Positions 1 through 11,376 of a stretch of 64,000 nucleotides of DNA are shown here, piece by piece (position 1 is the stretch's first letter; every line of letters begins with the position of its first letter). The notes under the pieces were generated by a model. That model worked only from the letters and a program-made list of their open reading frames with translations, made no database searches and was not told where the DNA came from. Where the stretch lies: the NCBI GenBank assembly GCA_002189035.1, contig NEEC01000013.1, forward strand, positions 3,038,001 to 3,102,000, in the 5' to 3' direction. A program made the position numbers and the translations under genes. This stretch comes from Utricularia gibba. Taxonomy: Eukaryota > Plantae > Magnoliophyta.

Positions 1-1406
1 TCACCAACTCCCATATCTCTTTATCCAACACATGGAAATCTGCATTCCCACAGTGAGAAAAAACCGCATTGGTGGCATTCCATCGGCTTTTGAGCGGATT
101 GAAATACACCCCACAGGGCACACCATATGATGAAATATGGGTTGTAGTGTAGTGGATCTCCGAGTCGTAAACTGCTTAGTTGTCGGGTTTGGCACCTGCG
201 ATGGATATATTCCCAACACTATATCCTCATTGGTCGTGACACTTTATGCTTTCCATCTGATTTTTCTCGCCTTTCCAGCAAAGAGAAAATGGTTTTTTTC
301 CCCTTTGGATTCCATGAGAAAGTAGATGGCTAAAGGGAAACCTAAAGAGATGTGGACTGTGGAGTCATAGCACCATAGTTATGGGGTGGAGCGTGTGACT
401 GGGCTATCCAACCAGGAAGCATGTGCCTAATTGCATGATTGGCTTTGTATTGCGCACGTTCCTTTGTTGAAAGATAGTCACCAATCATCAGTCGCGCTTC
501 ACAAGTTTTCTGCACCACAAATCCAATCTTTTAAGTCCCGAATTCTATCAGCCCCTTTCCTAACACGAAACTGTTGTCCAAGAATATTTCCATTAGCATC
601 CAAAGAGTGGATCACTATAATCATCAAAGCATGTGCCCAAAAACATGCCCGAATTTCCCTCTTCTCCTTGGCTTTGCCTGTTTCTTCTTCTACTTCATGC
701 CTTGATCGCAACAAGCAACTAGACTCTTCTTTCTTCCCAGTCTTTTGAATTGTCTCTTGAGGTGGCTCAGCTTACTCCTAATTAATCTTCGTTCTTCCCA
801 GTCTTTAAAGTGATTCCATGGCTCGTCCCCCGACAGCCATCCTGTGCTTGTCCCTGTCAGAGAGCCTCGGACTCTTGCCCCAGATCGCGGAATCCAAACC
901 GGTACTGCGGCCTGCGACGCCACAACACAGCGGTATGGCCCAATCCCGTGTAATGGCCCAGATTTTGCAGGGACCCAGCAGGAATTTTGGCCCACTTATC
1001 TTCAATGCTCAACGCCCAGAGCTACCTCCACCTACCTTACCCTAAATTTATAAACTTTTATGATATGATATTAAGATAAAAATATGTATTGTAATACTTA
1101 AAATTCAAATGGATAGTTACTAAATGTTAAAAATAAATTTTAATTCAAAACTTAAAATAGTCACTCATAATAAAAAAAAAAACTAATAAAAAAGGACTCG
1201 TTTAATTTAATATTATTTCATTACCACACAGCCCTCACCTCGGAATACGCATCATAAATTTATTATTATTATTGTTATTATTAGTATTGTAGTGATAATT
1301 TTTAAAATAAAATATTTCTTCTGTGCATTTTGTATTTAATAATATTTGGAGAGTTTTATGTGGTGGACATCCCCAGAGTTCATTGAAGGGCCTGGGCCTT
1401 TCCGAT

Positions 1407-1432
1407 TCTCTCTCTCTCTCTCTCTCTCTCTC
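1407..1432. repeat. (TC)n microsatellite in the NHL gene 5-prime region
   Basis: 13 TC units. Confidence 0.95.
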
Positions 1433-1622
1433 CCCGTGAAAGATCAGTTGCTTTTTTGTTGCTTTCGCTTTTCTTTTTTTTTCCGCCCTTGCGTGCGTTT
1501 TTCTTTTCATAGAGAATCTCTAAACCCAGGAAAGCGTTATTCCCGGTTGCTTTCTGGGTTGAAGGGTTTAAGCGAGACTGAAAATGCTGAGCGAGATGCT
1601 TTGTTTTTGAACTGGTTTGGGG

Positions 1623-3554
1623 ATGGCAATGAATGCTGATAAACATGTGTTCTTCATTCTTCTGTTCACTTTTCTCATCTTTTCGAATGGCGTGTACTCT
1701 CTTACTGCTTCGTCCTCGCCCGTTAGTAAGTAATGATGAACTAATGATTGATTTGGTTTTGAGAGTGTGCCTCTCCATTGCTGCTTTGAGTCCGATTGAC
1801 GGGGATTGTTTTTGTAATGATTTTTTTTTGGCAGGAATCGTTGATGGGTATTTGTCCGGTGCACTTTCTCTGCTGATGAAATGGGTTCCTTCGTTAAAGA
1901 GCAGGCCCAGAATTTGTATACAGCGCCTTCTCCCTGTTTGCCTTTTTGAATCTTTTGCGGGATCATGTTTTTGTTTCGCGTCCCTCACTATTTGTTTGTT
2001 CAATTTTGTATTAAACGTGATTTATGTTGCAGCACTGAACCGGCGCCCATTAGTAAAGTTTGAAGGTGGGTACAATGTGGAGACAGTGTTTGATGGAAGT
2101 AAGCTTGGAATCGAGCCACATTCTGCTGCAGTTTTGCCCGATGGGAACCTTCTTCTTTTGGATTCCACCAATTGCAATCTCTACAAGCTTTCTTCTTCTT
2201 TATCGTTGTGTGAGTTTCTAGACTTTCAGTATCGTTCTTTTTGACTGTGATGTCAACATGGCTAGCGAATTAACACGATGTCTTCGGATTTATAGACAGT
2301 AGGCCCAGGTTGGTTTCAGGCTCTGCAGATGGAGATTGTGGTTATGTGGATGGTAAACTGAAGGATGCAAGATTGAGCAATCCAAAAGGACTGGCGGTTG
2401 ACATCAGAGGAAACATTTTTATTGCTGACACCAACAACATGGCTATCCGAAAGATCAGTGGCACCGGTGACTTTTCCTACAGCCAATAAATCTTAAATGG
2501 TTGCTGACTCCTAGCATGTTGAGTTACCTTTTCCTGCATACGATTTGGGTAGGCGTCACAACAATCGCTGGCGGAAAACAGGGCCGTGTAGGTGGACATG
2601 TGGATGGACCAAGCGAAGACGCTAAGTTTTCAAATGATTTTGATGTGGTGTATGTTGGAGGCAGTTGTTCTCTCCTGGTCATTGATCGTGGTAGTAAGGC
2701 GATAAGAGAAATACAACTCCATTTTGATGATTGTGCATATGAGTACAGGGCCAAGTTTCCCATTGGTAAAGTAACTCCATGGTTCCAACAATCTCCATTC
2801 GATTCTTCATGTTTATATTGGTTTTAGTGCTCGTCAGGAGTGGCTCTGCTCCTTGCTGCTGGCTTCTTTGGTTATATGCTTGCTTTGCTTCAACAGCGTG
2901 TTGCGGTGATCACATCCCCTGAAAAGGTGATTGATCTCCTTTACTTTCTTGGTTTTTTGCGTAAAGCTTATGCATCATTTTCCTCTGTCGCATTTCCTCC
3001 CGAAGTATGGAGAAAAGATTGTTTCCCGGAGTCCATATGAAAAGTCATTGAAGCCATCTGGGAATCCACCCACCGTGGCCGATGAATTTGTCAAGGAAAG
3101 GCGAGGAGAAAGCTTGCTGGGGTCGATGGGGAGGTTGGCAGGACAAACTATGGAATCAGCTGCAGAAATTATAGGAGCATCTCTTCCCATGTTCAAGAAC
3201 AAACATAGAAGCCATCAGCATCAGTATCAGGCTCATTCCAGGAACACAAGTTCATGGCCTATACAAGAAAGCCTCGTTCTGGACTGTGAGCAGCCACCTC
3301 CAGTCGAATCAAGGACTCCTACTCCAAAAAAGACATACGCCTTCATGAACAATGATTCGGAGAAAATGGAACAGCTCAGGCGAAGTCGTGCCTTCTACTC
3401 TAGTTGGGACAGCGAGTTGCAGAAGCAGCCGATCACCAAGAAACACCAGCAACATCATCTTCAGTACTTGTCACCCCCACCGCAGACATTCTACCAGGAA
3501 AGCCCCTATAACTCGAAGGAAATCGTCTTCGGAGCTGTGCAAGAGCAAGGATAG
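1623..3554 (+). CDS. NHL repeat-containing protein with N-terminal signal peptide (multi-exon)
   Basis: Exons read as 1623-1725 (MAMNADKHVFFILLFTFLIFSNG), 1835-1915, 2033-2209 (KFEGGYNVETVFDGSKLGIEP), 2296-2467 (YVDGKLKDARLSNPKGLAVD), 2553-2766 (GHVDGPSEDAKFSNDFDVVY), 2838-2926, and a last exon to TAG 3554 (EIVFGAVQEQ). GT-AG junctions. The last acceptor and true C-terminus are uncertain. Confidence 0.9.
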
Positions 3555-3851
3555 GTGAGGATAAAAAAGTGGTGATCGAGCCTCGATCATGGTCTTACTC
3601 CTTCCCATGGTTGTCCCAATGTTTCTAGTCACCATGCACTGGTTTTTCAGACAATGCCTTGGCAGCTGTGTAAGATTTCTGAGTTTTGCTCTTGGTTGGA
3701 AATTTGAATTTGGCTGCTAACGGTCCTCTTCTCTGTCTTGGGCCTGGCTCCGCGTTAGAATGGCCCAATAAGAACGGCCCATAGGCCCGTGTATGAGTTT
3801 CAGCAGCACAAGCTGGGAAATAGTGGTTGGAGAAGGTCCCAGAGCAACCGG

Positions 3852-6402
3852 ATGCTGCTCGCTCTACTTCCACAAGCTCCAGGCTTAACTGCCTTTTCCC
3901 ATTCCAATTTTACCCTTCAGTTCTTCGTTAATCGGAAAAATGGCCAACTATACTCCGGCGTAACAAGCCGGGCCACTTCGTCGGAGCGACCACTACTCCC
4001 GGCCGTCTCCACCGGTACCCCCGAAGTGACCTTCACATCCAATGATGATGCGTCGGGGAATGGGGACGCTATGGTGTCGTCAGCTGGGCGTTGGCGGCGG
4101 CAATTCGAGCCGCCTCCACTTCTCCGGTGGAGTTTGTGTACAAAGTGGAGAAAATCAATGGCGGTCCTGGTGCCAAGAGCAAGTCGCTGATACTGCCGAG
4201 TTTGGATTTTCAGAGGCTATGCGTCGAGCAGCTTGATCTCTTTCGACGAATTGTTCAAACCGATGCTGTTCTCTCGGTAAATCAACAGTACAATTTAGCC
4301 ATCAAATCCTCATTTTGCTGATAGGTTTACTGAATTCGTTCCTATACATTGACATGAAATATTTGGTTTGTGTGTGCTCTGAATCTTGTAACTGCAGGTC
4401 TATGTAAGACCCGCCGATAGTTATGTAATGGATAGATTGGAGTTGCGGCGCATTACTATCTATCCTGTCTCCCATGGCGCTGATATTATCGTTTTGGTTG
4501 GTAACTTTGGTATGCCAGCTGGACTTCGAGTTGCAGAATCCGAAATCTCGAGGCAGCAGGTATAAGGTTCAGCAATGGAACTTATCTCCATTTTCTGTGT
4601 GGTGTGTTTTGAGCTGGGTGTTCACAAGAATTCTGGTGGCTCTAGGTACAATTTTTTCCTGAACTCGGTGCTGCGGTTTTCCCCATGGTAACACATCCTT
4701 TTGTTGTGGGCTTCTTAGTTGCTGAGTTTCCAAAGACTGCCGTAGAAGAACGATACGGTGAACTTAAAGCCCAGCACCACGATATTGTTCCATTACCACA
4801 TGGTTTTCAGGATCCTTCATGTACCATGGCCATGTTTTCGACTGAGCAAAAGCTAAACGCGATAAATATTACACGTTCCTTAGCCATGGGATATGTCATG
4901 GATCAGGTGAGTTTATTAAGGGTTAATGTCTTCTATTATGAGTTCTTTATGGCAAGTTTTAAGATTTTTACTTGCATGGTTGTTTTCAGAAAGCAATGCT
5001 ATTACAACAATCATCATGGCAAAACAACATCAGGATGAGTACTTTAGTTGAACAAGTGAGAGCTCATGCTTTCGTGCTTTTACTCTCCTTTGATGTGGTG
5101 ATTTTCACGGTATTCTGTTTATGGTGGTTTACAGATTCGAGGCTCGCTGTCTAGTATTCAGACTTTGAGCAAAATGTTATCCATTCATTTGAAGAGAACT
5201 GAGGTGGTTATGACTACAACTTAACATGGTTCCTGTAGAGCATTTAAAATCTTACTGGATGGCTACGAAATTGCAGATTTCTCATGACATCGTCGAAGAT
5301 ATTCTGGCACAAGGAGACCACATGAAAGACAGCCTTCAACAGTTGCAGGATGCCGTCTACCTTACAAAGGTGCCTCTCTCAGTTGACATATAGCAGTATC
5401 GAAAGATTGCCCTTAAGTTCATATTCTGAATTTGTTTGAATTTGTTACAGCATCTCTGATTTTGTTCTTCAGGGTAACATAATGCACTACAACACTGAAA
5501 TGCTAAAGAAGGTGCAGTCATCAATTGAAAGACATCCTGATATCAGTTCTCAGCTACCGAGTGGATGGCCTCCTGAACCTTCAACCACAGAGACTCTAGG
5601 AGGTGTAGAACAGTTAACTGGTAGTTCAGCATCTAAAGATTTAGAATTTCCGATGCCACCGCTTGCTCTTGCTCCTTCACATAAGGAGGGAATACGGTAC
5701 ATCTGTATTCTAGTTTCATGTACTTCATGAGCTTCCTTATCCGGGGAGGAGGATTTACTCGGTCCCTATATTGTTGACAGTCTTTATGTCTTTCAGGAGG
5801 CCATGTAAAATCTCTGATGTACTGCAAGATCTGGTCGGGGCCATAACACCTCTTGCTCACAAGCAGCGACGCTTTGTCGAGCTGTGCGATCTCTCTGAGT
5901 CACTAGAGGTAGCCGTTGAAGAACCTGCCCTGCGTCAAGCCTTGAGCAACTTAATCGAGGGTGCTCTGTTGCGAACAGAAATTGGCGGAAAAACCGTCAT
6001 TTTATCTACTGGAGCACCTGCAGGAGGCGCTCTTGTCATCATAGATGATGATGGTCCCGACATGCTCTATATGGTAAATTTCTTTATTCGTAGATTCAAC
6101 ATCTTTTTGATTAGCTGTTGCCGGCTAAACTTGTCTGATTCCAGACGCAGATGCACTCCCTGGCTCCATTCGGACCTGATCTGCTCTCCGACGGCAAACT
6201 CGAAGACAACATGGCCTGGAACTTCATCGCCGGGCTGACGGTTGCACGAGATATACTGGAGAATTACGGGTGCATCGTCCGTGTCATCTCCCCGCGAAAA
6301 CCAGATGCTCCCCTCGGAGGCGGAGGCACCCGCATCGAGCTCTGGCTTCCTCTGCCCTATCCTTCGGACACGCAGAACTCATCAGCGTTGCAGACCATCT
6401 AA
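3852..6402 (+). CDS. CSK: Chloroplast sensor kinase (histidine-kinase-like), with an apparent 1-nt frameshift in exon 1
   Basis: Nine exons: 3852-4276, 4398-4559, 4646-4906, 4990-5055, 5135-5203, 5277-5369, 5473-5696, 5797-6073, 6145-6402. Motifs LPSLDFQRLCVEQLDLFRRIV, VYVRPADSYVMDRLELRR, LRQALSNLIEGALLRT, IDDDGPDM and GGGGTRIELWLP match CSK. The frame breaks at 4086-4088. Confidence 0.93.
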
Positions 6403-7056
6403 GAAGAACACCGACCAGCCTCAGCGTGCCTGATACACTACCGCGACCGTGTAGTTGAGGTATGATCTCCGAACTTGGACTCATACTGCCTACACATGGA
6501 AACGTTCACTTTACTTTGGAAGCTTCTGCACTTGAAGAGACCTTGGGCTGTGTTTGTATCTATTTTTCCTTGTGAATATTATGAATATACCACTCCGTTC
6601 TTCCTGGCTCCTCGTTGCTCGCGGAATGAAGCCAGTGGCCACGTAAGAGCTTGTTGGAAGTGCAGTTGGACAGGAGGGATGAATGTGAAGGGTAAGTGGA
6701 AAGAGCCCCGGGGACTGCCTTAATAATTTCTCAGCAAGGGTATGTGTGATGTGACGCACCTGCTGTCCCGATTCATGGCACAAACTGCCGGAACTGGGTA
6801 ACAACGATGCCGCTCGGCTTCCGTCAAAACCCCAGTTAACTTTAACAGTGTTAGTAGCGGCCAGTGAGTGATGCGGGCTGCTGTAGCTGGGCGTCGGACC
6901 CAATCTTAACGGATCGTGCGGCTGCTGAGATATTAAGACTTGTTCAACGACAGGAAGACTTGGTCAGGTTAGTGAAAGGGGCCGCAAACATTGCCCCCTA
7001 TAAAAATGCATACACCAGTCGAAGTTGAAGATACAAAGGCAGGCAGCTCTTGGAGA

Positions 7057-7399
7057 ATGAGGAAGGCTGCTCCAGTGGTGGTTCTGTTCCTCCTCTTGAT
7101 TACTTCATGCCTAGCGGGGAGGAAGTTTCCGAGTACTTTCTTTCTCCTAATCCATGCAATGCACATTTGTTTCTTTTCTGTCTATCCCTAGCCCTGTGTG
7201 TTCCTTTACATGATTTTATAATTGTATTGTGAATCAGGGATCCATGATTTCATCCCACTGTTAGTCATCACGGTTTCTGCGGGAGCTTCCCCATAAATCA
7301 TTACCATCACCGCTGCCCGCGGGGAATATTTTTATGGGAAAAATTCATCCTCCATGGCTTGCCAATCCACCAGGATCGCCGGCTCCCACCAGCCCATAA
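7057..7399 (+). CDS. Possible small secreted Pro-rich peptide gene; splicing unresolved
   Basis: TATAAAA near 6999. ATG 7057 opens a signal-like exon MRKAAPVVVLFLLLITSCLAGRKFP followed by a GT donor at 7133 and a T-rich intron-like stretch. A downstream frame 7265-7399 reads SSRFLRELPHKSLPSPLPAGNIFMGKIHPPWLANPPGSPAPTSP*, but its phase does not match the donor. Confidence 0.3.
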
Positions 7400-7630
7400 T
7401 GTCCGTCTCCGGTTGACGCTCCAGTCGAATGCACTACCCTTTGTCTGTTCAAGTCGTTTGTTTGCGTGTCTGCTTCGGTAGTTCAATGTATCTGGGTTTT
7501 ATTTTAAGGACTTTAGTACCAAAAGCGTGAAACTTTGAAATTTAAACAGAGCACCAAGAAGACGACAAACTTTGCACTCCGCAGCGCATAAAGCTGGAAA
7601 TCAACAATTGAACATTCGTCGCCGCTCGAT

Positions 7631-7971
7631 TCAGGCACCTCCCATGGTGGTTGGTCTCGGCGGAGGTGGGCTGTCGTCCGGCAAGTTCCTGTTCTCTTGC
7701 CTCCTTGCCGTTGGCGGCCAAACGAGAGATCTATGGGATGGGAGCTGCCTCTGAGAACCCGAGAACAAATAAGCATTTCCCCCTGGTGGGTGTGTAATTT
7801 GAGCACCTTCACAGAAGAAGAAAGCCATGAAGCAGGCATCTATCTACTTGGAACTCTACTCTGAGGCATACCTTGTGAAAACACGGCGTGCCGTGTAGCA
7901 GCTGTAAACGGTGTCATCATCATGGTTATCAGCAACAGAATAGCCACCAAACCCCTATGATTCGTACTCAT
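7631..7971 (-). CDS. Two-exon 91-aa secreted precursor with C-terminal Pro-rich motif; family not recognised
   Basis: TATA (CTATAAATA) at about 8031-8039 on the minus strand. Exon 1 7971-7872, 65-nt GT-AG intron 7871-7807, exon 2 7806-7631. The spliced ORF is open: MSTNHRGLVAILLLITMMMTPFTAATRHAVFSQGAQITHPPGGNAYLFSGSQRQLPSHRSLVWPPTARRQENRNLPDDSPPPPRPTTMGGA*. Confidence 0.8.
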
Positions 7972-8282
7972 CTCTCCCGGTAGGGGTAGGGGTAGGCGTA
8001 GGGGTAGGCCCCTGATGGCGCCTGCTTCTCTATTTATAGAAATTTAATGGCTATCAGTATCCGCGTCTTCGTGAAAGTCGAGACGCGGTGTGAGCGATTT
8101 CCCCTTTTTGCTTTCTAAAAGTAGAAAACACAAAAAAAGTAAAAGTGAAACACCTCCTTTGTTCTTTCTTTAGACCTGATTCTGAGTGCGGTTTGTAGGC
8201 AATCCTAAATTTACACACGTGCTCCATTCCACGAGGGCATAACAGTAAATGGTCATACTTGAATTGTGGGTGCGTAAGGCGA

Positions 8283-10287
8283 TCAATCTGCGGCAGCCCA
8301 AGTCATGTCGTTTTCGAAAATCCAATGGCAAACCTCGGTCTTTCCTGGGCCGAGGCCCAATGCGATGAACGCGCCATGGTCCGGGCTCCACGACGTCGTA
8401 TCGAGGTGACAGATGGCAACCCCGTGATTAATCTTCGTCTTCGATGTGGGATCCAAAATATCCGCTTCGTAGACCCGAACCTTGGGAACAGAATGGCAGT
8501 AGTACAGCAGGTAAGGGTAGAGGCTCTGATGGCACGACACCGATTTCGTCACTTTCCCACCGTTGATTCCTTTGACTTCCCCCAGGGTAACCTCGCCATT
8601 GGACCCCGCCGTCGTCTCGGTGGTGCGCACCTCCACGCTCCGCCCCAGAACCGACGTCGCGAAGTCTATCATATCCTCAATTGACGCCACGCAACGCTTC
8701 GTTTCCCCTGGGCTCGGCGGTCGTTCGCATTCGTGGAGGGCCTCGATTACCATTTTCGCGGTGCTGGAATCGTCTCCTGCGTGGAAGATCTTCTTGATTT
8801 CTGGGAGTTTTGAGGAGGAAAATGGGAATTTGGAGACGATTACACGCGGTAGAAATGACCTTCTGGGCATTTTATCACGGATGTCAGGCATGGGCATCGT
8901 CGTTCCGCTCTTCAACAACGCTTCCCTGAAGAACTTCCCAGGCTCAACCCATTTGTTTACATTCTTGCGGCTGCCAGCCGCCATGGACGTTTCTATGGGT
9001 GAGGTCTCGTTGATGTAACTTGCGAATGTGGTACTGCCCTCTTTGTTGTATTCTTTGAACGTGTAGTTCATGCCGTAAATCTTGAAGCTAGATGCTTCTC
9101 CTGTGGCATCTTTGCCGTAGCCGATGAATTCACTGTTGCCTTCGTTGACAGATACGCCATAATTTACGAAATCAATCTTTGCTCCGTTTGATTCCTTTCC
9201 GTAGGAAGTGAAAGTGTCATTGCCCACATTCGACTGTTCTCTGTAATTCCGGAATGTCTCTGTAGCAGCATTGCCCTCTGCGCCGTAGTTCTGGAATATA
9301 ATATCCGGGACGTTTGTATTGAAACCATAAGAGCTGAAGGAGTCGTTTGCGCCATTCCCACTTTCGCCGTAGTTTTTGAAACTGGAACCCATCACATTGG
9401 AATCATTGCCATAGCTCGTGAATGAGTTCACGGCGGCGTTGCCGTTTTTCCCGTACGCGGTGAACCCCTCGTCGCCAGAGTTGGCCTGGTTCGTGTAGGC
9501 AGTGAATGTCTGTTTCCGGCGGTTGCCGCCGTCTGAATAGGATGTGAACCGGAGATTGGGCACATTCACGTTGTCGTTGTAATTGGTGAATTGGCCCTCA
9601 CCGCCAACGGCGGCAGCGCCGTAGGTGTTGAAGCTCTGGTCCACGACATTCGACTCCGAGGCGTAACCACTGAACTTGTCGATGTGACCGGTGCCACCTC
9701 GGCTGTATCGGCGGAAAGTGTCGATAACGACGTTGTCGTCCTCGGTGTAGCTCTGGAAATTATCCTTACCCTCGAGACGATTATTTCCATAGCCCGTAAA
9801 GTTGCGATTCTTGTAATTCGCAAAATTGACTTCACCCTCGTGCTTCTCCAAACTGGGAGCCAAATCGGGGAAACACAGAAGCTTAGCCTTGGCGCAGAAA
9901 TCCTGCAAATGTTCCGCTAGCGAGTTCTGATCGTTAGCAATCTTGGTAAAGCCTACGTAATCGGCTGCGGGGAGCGGCGACGCCTTGGAAATCAAAAACT
10001 CCGGCGCGGGCAAATCGTTACCGATCTGTTTTTTCCAGTACCGGAGCAAAAAAGCCTTGGGAGTGAAGGGATTCTCCCCGCCATTACTATATTCTCCTGC
10101 CCCCACCTGCAATAGCTAACACCATAGAATCCCGCATTAACGCCATAGTAAATGATACCCAGCAAAACAAGCTTACAACATGAAGCAAAACCAAAGAGAG
10201 TTGAGAACACCGGAATTACGTCGGAAATCAAGATGAAGATAAGCACTAAACGAAAACGGTGCAGCGGCGGAGGAGGCGCGTTGGCAT
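8283..10287 (-). CDS. Polygalacturonase non-catalytic beta subunit-like BURP-domain protein
   Basis: Exon 2 10106-8283 has ENPFTPKAFLLRYW, many FxxY repeats and a BURP domain with CH motifs (VSCHQSLYPY, YCHSVP, AICHLDT, VCHWIFEND). Intron 10219-10107. Exon 1 from ATG 10287 needs one extra T near 10248-10256 to give a signal peptide. Confidence 0.93.
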
Positions 10288-10349
10288 GGCGTATTATTCC
10301 TTTGCGATGAAAGCGGATAACATGGTTTTACGGGAGAAGCATGCCGTGT

Positions 10350-10447
10350 TTTATAGCCACCCCCTCTTATGGCTTATTACGTTAAATGGGTTCAGTGCAG
10401 TGGGATCCAGGGGGACTCGAGGGAAAACGCGTCGTGTGCCACGTGGA
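10350..10447 (-). promoter_or_regulatory. BURP gene proximal promoter: TATA box and G-box
   Basis: CTATAAAA on the minus strand near 10350-10357; CACGTG at about 10440-10445. Confidence 0.5.
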
Positions 10448-10798
10448 GATACATGAGTGGCCTAAACCTGGTATTTTGGACAGACCACCTCGACCACCAC
10501 ACACACGCAGATATTCCCCACCAATTATTTTTTATTCTACTGATTTTTTCCCTAACCGTGCCACCTTTTGCAACCATATCTTTTTTCTTTTTTTTGTCTT
10601 TAATTAATTTGAAAGGTAGATTCCAAAAATCCATGAATAAAAAGCGCATAAAAATATTAATTATACCCTTCAGGGGTAAAAAGGGAACCTTACATCGACC
10701 CTTTTGGGTTGTTTGTAAAGGGGAGAGCAATCCTCAATCCTCCTACTCCACCAAGTGGGGGTTGGGGACAGGGCGGTCCAGCCACCCGGGGGTTTTTC

Positions 10799-10900
10799 GG
10801 GTCTTTTAGAAAAATGGCCACTGTCTTCTTTGTACATTAGAAAAATGGCCACCGTGTGAATTTTGTTAGAAAAATGGCCATCCTCTAATTTTTTTTTAAA
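10799..10900 (+). repeat. MULE left terminal inverted repeat
   Basis: GGGTCTTTTAGAAAAATGGCCA followed by two further AGAAAAATGGCCA copies; inner boundary approximate. Confidence 0.85.
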
Positions 10901-11376
10901 AAAATTTACACGATTTTGTTATTATTTATATATAGTATAAATCAATAAATTTTTTTAATAAATATCATTTAATATATAAACATAAATAAATACATCAAAA
11001 TCATCATTTTCTATTTTGTCATTGTATTGTTTAAAAACACAGAATATAGATTAACAATAGTTAATTAAATAATTTCATTTTAATTATTAGATTTCTAAAT
11101 TTGTTTAAAATTAGTTGATTTATAAAAAAAGCATTCTCTTTTATTTTAATTTTTTTTCATTCTTTACCCTAAAGCATTCTTTACTTAAATTTTACAACCT
11201 TTATCTTCAAGCATTCTTTTTTTATATATTTATATATTCTTTAGCTTCAACCATAGTTTTCTTAATTTTTTTATTCTTTATCTTCAATCATTCTTTTTCT
11301 TCATCTATTTAAGGAGAACTTCCATTATCATTTTGAAAATACAAATCATTCCACAAGACGTATTTTCTTGATTTAA

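Noticed and set aside
1-1000. Coding-like composition with several short ORFs on both strands; a minus-strand stretch (NILGQQFRVRKGADRIRDLKDWICG) faintly recalls a LINE endonuclease
   Set aside because: All frames contain stops and no diagnostic motif could be confirmed; it needs tBLASTx or RepeatMasker.
1040-1330. Very AT-rich block, possible MITE
   Set aside because: No terminal inverted repeats or TSD identified.
1380-2003. 207-aa minus-strand ORF, and similar antisense ORFs such as 8563-9018, 33721-34200 and 52206-52721
   Set aside because: They lie antisense to well-supported genes and show no recognisable motifs; they are shadow ORFs.
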